Assembly (NCBI RefSeq): GCF_026571515.1
Contig: NW_026851853.1
Coordinates: forward strand, 1 to 62,625
DNA length: 62,625 bases
Reading direction: 5' to 3'
Source of the DNA: Ruditapes philippinarum
Lineage: Eukaryota
Notes under the pieces: model-generated
What the model was told of the DNA's origin: nothing
The model's database searches: none
The model's input: the letters and a program-made list of their open reading frames with translations, nothing else
Part shown: one piece after another, positions 55,101-62,625 of the stretch
Layout: the number at the start of each line of letters is the position of its first letter
Position numbering within the stretch: the stretch's first letter is position 1
Program-made: the position numbers and the translations under genes

Positions 55101-55780
55101 TGTTCATCAGAAACGTCTTTCGGTAATTTTTGCACCTCCTTTACCTCATTTATTTTATCCTAGATAACAAGTAGGCTGTCAATAACACAGCAAAACCTTT
55201 TGTGATTATGCAAACATTGAATTGCAGCGGAAAATGAAAGTCCGAATCCTGCCCGGGTCTTGCCATTTTTTGACATTCTTCTTACAGCTATAAGCTAACA
55301 ACATCACGGATTAAACTGAAATATGTTTCTTTTAATTGTATCTTACATAAAATAAACACTTATGTAAACTAATTAGGATGTAAAAAAAGAGAGAAAATAG
55401 ATTTTGGTAATGTAACCTAATTAAGTTTTCAAAGATAGTGTGCATGATTATAAGTATGTCTTATTGTGACAAAAAACAATAAAAGAGAAAATATCTATGT
55501 CAAAGAAAGTGCTTACTTTAAGGTATCCTACAACATGATTATTGAAATCCACCTCCGCCTTTGAATATTTATTTTTCACATCTCTTATTCTATTTCTTGA
55601 AACAGCTTCGATAATTATTTTGATCTGTCTAAGAGATTCTTTCCCATTTGAAGTAATATGTCCAATTTTTGACGCTAGTTCAAACTCATATTTCGCCTCT
55701 TTAAGCACTTTATTTGCGCAATCTTGATTACTCGTTTTAACGGCATCAAACAATTTTTGAATCGCATAGTCTTTCGACAT
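52153..55780 (-). CDS. Protein with mitochondria-eating protein (MIEAP/SPATA18)-like C-terminal domain, about 415 aa; exons 55780-55517, 55159-54864, 54314-54122, 53489-53385, 52951-52850, 52440-52153
   Basis: Exons of 264+296+193+105+102+288 = 1248 nt join in frame (phases 0,2,0,0,0). Motifs NNPDIADLSDPNRPTKIAERFSELYDNEWTEAFEEL and VELTWWMCVQDPP...FDKNLYKAY...FFVWPAL...GGVLIKGVV resemble the MIEAP domain. The link of exons 1-2 to the rest is inferred from phase and proximity. Confidence 0.78.
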
Positions 55781-55887
55781 TTTACAAATGCAAGCTTTTA
55801 AAAAAGGAAACAAATCGTTTTCGTCGAATTCATTTAACTTCCCGGTTACAGGAATGCAAATCTATTTATAGCTCATTATCTTGACAT

Positions 55888-56748
55888 AACAGGACACATT
55901 CAGATAGGTATATACACATAAATTATACCGATCAATATCCTTATTGTTTGGTTTTATTAACCTGTCAATTACATACTGATTACACGGTCGATGCACACAG
56001 TATATTAATCTTCGGTAGATTTTCGGTAAGTTCCGTGAGATGTACGCTTTACGATGGAATTTAATTTAATTTGTATCTATAAACTAAGTGCACTCAGCGT
56101 TATAGCGCAAAACGGTTAATCACGAGTTTATAATCTAAGTGCCACACGTGTTTTAAGTTCGAGACCACGTTGGTCCATGTTTTTTATTTCTTATTAATAC
56201 TTTCAACATTATTGAAGCTATATATGATTATTTTATATTGTTCGTTTTGTTTTATTATGTTTTACTTAATTTTGTTTTGTCTATACTCATTTAAATAACA
56301 TGTTTAAGAATTCATGTTAAAAAATTAAAACGGATTTAAATCAATAAATGTATTTTCAATGCCGTAAAACACACTACAAATCTGTTCCTTAAAATATACT
56401 GCAAAAATAAAGAAAGAATACTAGTGGCAACAGTAAGGATCGAACCACAGACCTCTCAATTATCAGGCATTCTCTTTACCGACTGTGCTATTGTGAATTA
56501 ACGAAAACCTTCACATTAAGCTGGTGTGACTTTCAACCCATGACTTATATACTCCACATTAATTCTCGTAAACTACACGGACCAAACCGAAGTGGGATCG
56601 AATATTTTAATGAGTCCTGTAATGTATTCATAATTGACAGGTCAATAAAATCAGACTATACCGATCAATATCCTTAGTCGTTTCAATTTCAGAACGACTT
56701 CTTTATAATATATATTGCCGCACGGTATCTATCTGTTTAGGATCCGTT
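55888..56748. mobile_element. Degenerate TIR element containing a tRNA-like segment (56424-56491, minus strand)
   Basis: Inverted pair ttttattaacctgtcaatta / taattgacaggtcaataaaa; direct repeat tataccgatcaatatcctta at about 55924 and 56657; minus-strand A box tagcacagtcggt and B box ggttcgatcc. Confidence 0.5.
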
Positions 56749-59700
56749 AAAAGGAGCGGGGCTATAACCATATTTCACTGTTTTTGCAACGAAATATCTA
56801 TGTAATCATCAATCTAATGTTCATATTTAATAAAATAACAAAAATAATAACCTTATTTGAAAAAAATAAATGAATAAATAAAGAAAAGAAAAGAAAAAGA
56901 GAAAAAAGAACAAAAAATAAAACAAAATAAGAAAAATCAACAAATACAAACACTTTCACTTTTGTTTGACAGCATACTTTTTAGTTACTAGTAAATTTCA
57001 AACCCAATTGAGCTTTTTTTTCCTCAGTTCTGACTGAAATGTATATTTATATGTATTGTAAAAATTGTATTGTAAAAATATTGTTAAAACCAAATGCAAC
57101 ATTATTTACAAAATGCAAAAATGATTTATACAATGCCAATCTAAACTTCAGTGATAATATTCAGTTACGGTAAGCCAATCCTGTATCGTTTCAACAGAAA
57201 AGTGATATTGGCATCAATATAAGTATCTTTACTATTATGAGAGTTATGACAATGATTAGTGTTCTTGCTGACAAAGGATGATAATTTTTATGGTGATAGT
57301 AGTGAGGATCATAACCTCTCATCATCGGACCTGAGATTGAACGACTAGTCTTTCTTGATGACATAAAACATGTTATACGAATAAATGATTTTAGAAACTG
57401 ATAAAAGATGAAATTCTGAAATTCATATAAATCAATTGAAAGATCAATTAAATAAAATACTGAAATATCTTGAATGTAATTTACAGTTTATTTCTCTTTT
57501 ATACAATTTTATTAACATAAAATTAGTTTAGTAAGATTTGCTAATCTAAATGACTCCTACAAGGTCTAAACATATAATGCTAATTAGCGAACTTCTGTTT
57601 CATATGGAAGTTGGTACAAGTGTTTTTTTTACAGTCATTGTTTTAATGAAAGGCACGTCATATCTGAGACTTCTCTTGTAATTTTGTTGCGAGGATCACT
57701 TTGTTTCAGCTCAAGCCGGTGCTAGGGGGCGTGAGGGATGTTGCACGTATTCACTATCCCTCATGTACAGACTCACTAAAACCGAGTCTGCAATTCTCTT
57801 GTAATTTTGTTGTGATTAATGCTTCCGAGGGATCACTTTGTTTCCAGATCTTTTTGACGGAAGTGACTTTTATAGTTTTAGAGAATAAATCATTTAAGAA
57901 ACATTACAGCTTTTTCTTGGACATACAAGAATCGTCGCTTAACTTCTTGACTGCAAGGGTGTATATTAGTTTGCAATTACCGGACGCTTTGTCGCTTTGT
58001 TGACCACCTTGTTTCCTCTCAATAACTACAGTACTATTGAGCCGTAGGATCAAAACTTCAATAAACATTTAACCTCATTGAGTGTATAACAACGGTTTAC
58101 GTTCAATAAGAGGAGAACTAAATGACCTATAGCCTTTAAACTGCATAAGATGATCACTGTTATGAAATGAGAGACGACACCGATGCGAGAAAGGACAATT
58201 CCCATTTACATAGAATGTGAAAACTATTTACAATCAATGATTTTAGAACCGTTTGACCTATAGCCTTCAAACTTTATGAAATAAATGGTCACCTTCAATT
58301 AGAAGACCATGTGTTTTGGGCGCCGATGGGAGAAGGAACAATGTTCAATTATCCTTAAATTTCACTCAATGATTTGAGAATCGTTTGCCCGTAGCCCTCA
58401 AACTTCATAAAATGATCGCCTTCTAATAGAAAAAAAGATGGGTTTTGGGCTCCGATGCGTGAAAGTAGAGGTTACAATGAACTTGAAAGTGAAAATCGTT
58501 TGGAAACGCTCAATAACTAGATAACCATTTAATCCATCGCCTTCAAGCTCCATAGCATGATCATCTTCATAGAGTTAAAAGTGTGCATCGATGCGTGAAG
58601 ATCTAGAGCACAATGATCTTGCATGTAAAACCATTTCCTCTCAATAACTAGAGAATAATTTGACGCATAGTCTTAAAATTTAGAATACATAAGCTAGCTA
58701 TGTCACCTTCATCTTTCGATTTTTTTGTAAATCTTTGGGAAGAGCTCTCAAGAATTCGTAGATTTGATAGATGAAATATGTCTTACGTAAGCTATTCATT
58801 TTCATGTTTAAAATGATCCATGTATGAAAAGTTACATATGTGTGTGCAGTCTGACGATATAGTGAATATGTTTTGAAAGGACAATTATCATGTTGGTACA
58901 ATTAATCAATTATATTTGTATTTTCTGATCGAAGATCAGAGAATACAAAGCTGACATTCAATCTCTGTACAAACCTAACAACAAGTAGTTCTCAAAACAG
59001 CTTAAAACTAGCGATTTAAAAGAAAGAAATGTTTTAATTTTGTTACAAGTATCCAACAATTTTCAACGCATTCAAAGTTTAAAAGTAGCTTTGGCTTATA
59101 GAATTGTCAATAAATGCACAATCACAAATTACGCGGATGAATATGATTTTAATCAATGAAAATGCTATTTTTAGCGATGTCGAATACCGAATACTACACA
59201 AATAAATCTGACTGCCGAGTAGTGGAATATATAGATTTTACATGTCGGACTGTTTGGGCGAGAAGATTTTCGCTACATTATTTACTTCAATTTTAACTGA
59301 ACAAAATACCTCGAAATTAACAAGGATTACAAACCCGAAATGCAATGGAAGTTCTAAATTTAGAATGACTAGATTTTATTCAGACATTGTTTATATAACT
59401 TCTCCGTGGTGCAGGGGTAACGCACTTGTCTAGTGTGTGAGAGGTCTGTAGTTCAAATCCCAGTCGAGGCAACTTTTTTGATATGGATCAAATATGTGGT
59501 TTTAGTATATGTGAGATTTTTTTCGGTATTGTATTAAAAGAAAACAGTATAAGAACTGAAAATATAAATTAAAGTCGCTTTTTATTGATGCTTTAAAAGG
59601 CTTTGTAAAGTATATAATCGAGGGAGAAAACACAAGAAGTCCCTAACCAGTGTTTATTGGCAGTTTAACACCGGCTTTTTTCTGCTTTGTCTATACTGTA

Positions 59701-60324
59701 GTGACAAAATCACGACGCGCCGGTTGGCATGCTTCGCTAGCGACAAAACTCCCCACAGTGATTACTTCCCTTGGCATAATTGTAATGATAAGGTGGCAAC
59801 AGTCGAGGCAACTTTTTTAAATTCTTTTTTAAATGTCTTTGTTAAGGAAGTAGCCATGATATGCAAGGATAAAGTGTGGCTGTCATAAAAAAATGAACAT
59901 AAATGATTTTTTGATGCAACTCTAGTTATGCAAAATTCCGTATGTATCAAACTCCTTGCAAGATGAATTATAGTACATAAAAATGAAATTATACCGGAAA
60001 ATACATACATATTTAGATTGCAAAGATCAGAAAATACCTCAGAGCTTGCAGCCCTTTGATTAACAGTTAAGACGTGCATACGCTGGCAAGATTACAAGAA
60101 GAAGAAAAAATGCTTTCTAGTCTATTTACTGGTATTTCAATTATTGATAATCCGTTGACTATTTGTGTGAATTGAGAGCACTCATAATGTATCTGCACAC
60201 GAAAGGTATGTCACTTCGTCGATTATCAGATACAAAGTTGGTCATTCTGACCATGAAGTCGATGACTTGGTCCTTTGAATACTGGTAAATGCATTTAAAA
60301 ATGATAGGGTAATTTGTAATAGTT

Positions 60325-61090
60325 AAGAGATGTCAGTAGAACAACGCGCTCGGCTTTTCTTTAGTTCTTGAGAGTACAATAAAAACCTGGATATTGTAAA
60401 AATAAACAAAGAGGAAAATTTCATTTAAAACATGCATGGTATTGAGTCTTTGGTATTGATTTAAGGATTTTGAAGTTAATTTTTCATTCAAAATCCATGT
60501 TATTGGTCTTGGAAAGTGACCTTTATTATATTTCTCAAAATAAAGTTAAAGTTTTCTAGAGTTTTCTAAAGTCACAAAGGGCCATTTTAAGTAACATTCC
60601 ATATCAGAGTTATTGTCCTTGTATAGCGACCTCCAGTTATAACCAAAAATACATGTAGTAAGATTCAATAGTTTTGAACATCGATTGATGTTGCATGCAA
60701 AATTATTCAAAAGTTTACAAAACTTCATACTTTTGTCTAAATCCATGTGAAAGCTATGGACCGGGCCATTCAGTTATAATCTAAAATACATGAAAGTGCT
60801 AAGTTTTAAGCGAATACCTTTAAATTTTCAAGATCGATGTTGCATGCTTAGTAGTTTTTAAAGATTAATGCTATATGAAAAACTTTAACAAGGAATTTTC
60901 TAAATTCACATTTGACCATTATTGAGCAAAACTCAATTCTCGAGTTATGGACCTTAGATAGTCTCCTATTATGGTACGGAGTTACATGCAGATAGTTATA
61001 CATTGCAGTAGTTGATGAGATAAAATCAAGACTTTTAACAAAGTGTAACGCCGACGTCATTATTTTTCAAATTCAAAATGTAGTCGAGCT
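60325..61090. mobile_element. Degenerate copy of the second HINE-like family
   Basis: The ends aagagatgtcagtagaacaacgcgctcg and acgccgacg...tagtcgagctaaaa match 21118-22400. Confidence 0.6.
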
Positions 61091-62199
61091 AAAAATGGCA
61101 AGAGCATTAAAATGAGATTAATACTAATTTTATTTTTATCTCTACAGAAAATCCATCTTAACAGAAAAATAATTATAGCCTGCTTGAATATGCCTCAGAA
61201 TTTCTATGTTTCTTTAGGATTTACAGGTGATAAACTCCTAGGCGTAAGTTATACAGTAGACAATATTTAGATAAGATCTTATCATTAAACATACCGATAA
61301 AACATACCGATAAAACATGCTTGTTTCTGGCGTTCTTTGGAGAGCAAAAATTTAATTCATATTCATACTTATTCATATTGTACTGTTCTAGACCTTTAAA
61401 CTTACCAGCTGAGGAATTATATATTAAGATATAATGCTGCGCACCCGAAGAACAAACGGTGATTTTATATACCTTGGTATATATTATTTCGATTCTAACA
61501 CAACATCAGCTGTAGACCTACCTGATACCAAGCTGAATTGTGCCTGATTTGTTTCCGTACTTATTTTCAGCGCTTCACATTTTTAATGGTTAAGTGACAT
61601 GTCTAAATCAATATAGATCGCCAACAATGATTTTATTGTATATAATTAACACACATTTTCGGTTGTTCTATGATCAACAGTTGTGTAAGAATAAATAAAT
61701 ATATACATTTTTGGTTTGGTTTCACGTCGCATAAACGCTGTAAAATATAGCGTTCCAGCTTAAGTATTGGAGGCCTCCCGCATTATTTCTGACACGAACT
61801 GGCACCTGAGTAAAACCACTATTGTATGGGGCCAATATTGATGAACACTCAATGTAGAGTATCAAATATCCGGCAAAAGTTTTTTTCTTATGGAGTTAGC
61901 GTATTTTAAATATGTGACAAGAAGCAAACAAAAATGATGAATGAAAGAAGTTTTATTAATTGTGCCATTAGATGAACATGAAGCATGCAAACAAAATCTG
62001 GTTGAGGTTATTTCATTTTTGTTCCGAATACCCTTTCAATACCCGCAGTACAACTAAGATCTTCACCAGTTGTAAATGTTGCAAACAGTTAGTAAACCAA
62101 CTTTAGCTATTACAAACACGAATGAACTTTGGGGAAAAAAATATTGTACTGTATTTTGCCTTACTTACACTAATATTTACGTTACGCAAATGAAAGTCC

Positions 62200-62610
62200 A
62201 CACTTAAATTGACGCCTGCTTTAAGAAATTCATCAAATCATACTTGTCATATTCTGTAGTTAATATTCAAGGAATTTGTATTTGGCAGACATGAGTAACG
62301 ACTAAATTATCTGTTACATAAACATGAAATTAAAATTTAAACTCACCATGATTGTAAAATATTTAATTGTCTCTCAAATATCCAAAAGTGAGCAATCGAA
62401 CAAAACTAGATAGAAAGCGATAATAAACACAAATATCAGAAATTGATAGAACCACAGAGTGTTTGTGTAAAAGGATTTACAACTTATTTTGTGGGTGGTA
62501 AAGTTTTTTTTTCACATCCGTTCAAATACACCTTAGCCAATGAGTAAGAAAGTGGTCATGGCTGATGTGAAACGATCTTGCACACAAATTGGACAGGTAA
62601 AAATATACAT
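62200..62610 (-). promoter_or_regulatory. Orphan duplicate of the calmodulin-like A promoter, 5'UTR and ATG-only first exon (ATG 62349-62347, donor gtgagt)
   Basis: Colinear with 48675-49100 plus 49825-49852, e.g. aagaaattcatcaaa-catacttgtcatattctgtag, aaaatttaaactcaccat, aaaatatttaattgtctctcaaatatccaaaagt, tgtgtaaaaggatttacaacttattt, gttcaaatacaccttag and caaattggacaggt. Confidence 0.8.
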
Positions 62611-62625
62611 GACGAATGGTCGAGT

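Overview
AT-rich, intron-containing animal genomic DNA. The repeat families and gene content point to a bivalve mollusc (inference). Six protein-coding loci were rebuilt by hand from GT-AG junctions with matching phases. (1) The 3' six exons of an ASPP (PPP1R13B/TP53BP2-family) gene on +. (2) A complete 4-exon TRAX/TSNAX gene on -. (3) A 2-exon Mab-21/cGAS-like receptor (cGLR) on + with an intact nucleotidyltransferase motif and a C-terminal TPR-like region cut off by a single -1 frameshift. (4,5) Two tandem, divergent calmodulin-like genes on -. (6) A 6-exon gene with a MIEAP/SPATA18-like C-terminal domain on -. An orphan duplicate of one calmodulin-like promoter and ATG-only first exon sits at the right edge. 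Non-coding space is dense with mobile DNA: a 235-bp palindromic MITE (6 copies), non-autonomous Helentron-like elements with ~165-bp internal arrays, TTAA-flanked elements, tRNA-derived SINEs, a HERO-like RLE retrotransposon 3' end and LINE fragments. There is one 206-N assembly gap. No CRISPR, rRNA or convincing tRNA genes were seen. All family assignments are from motif recognition, not database searches.
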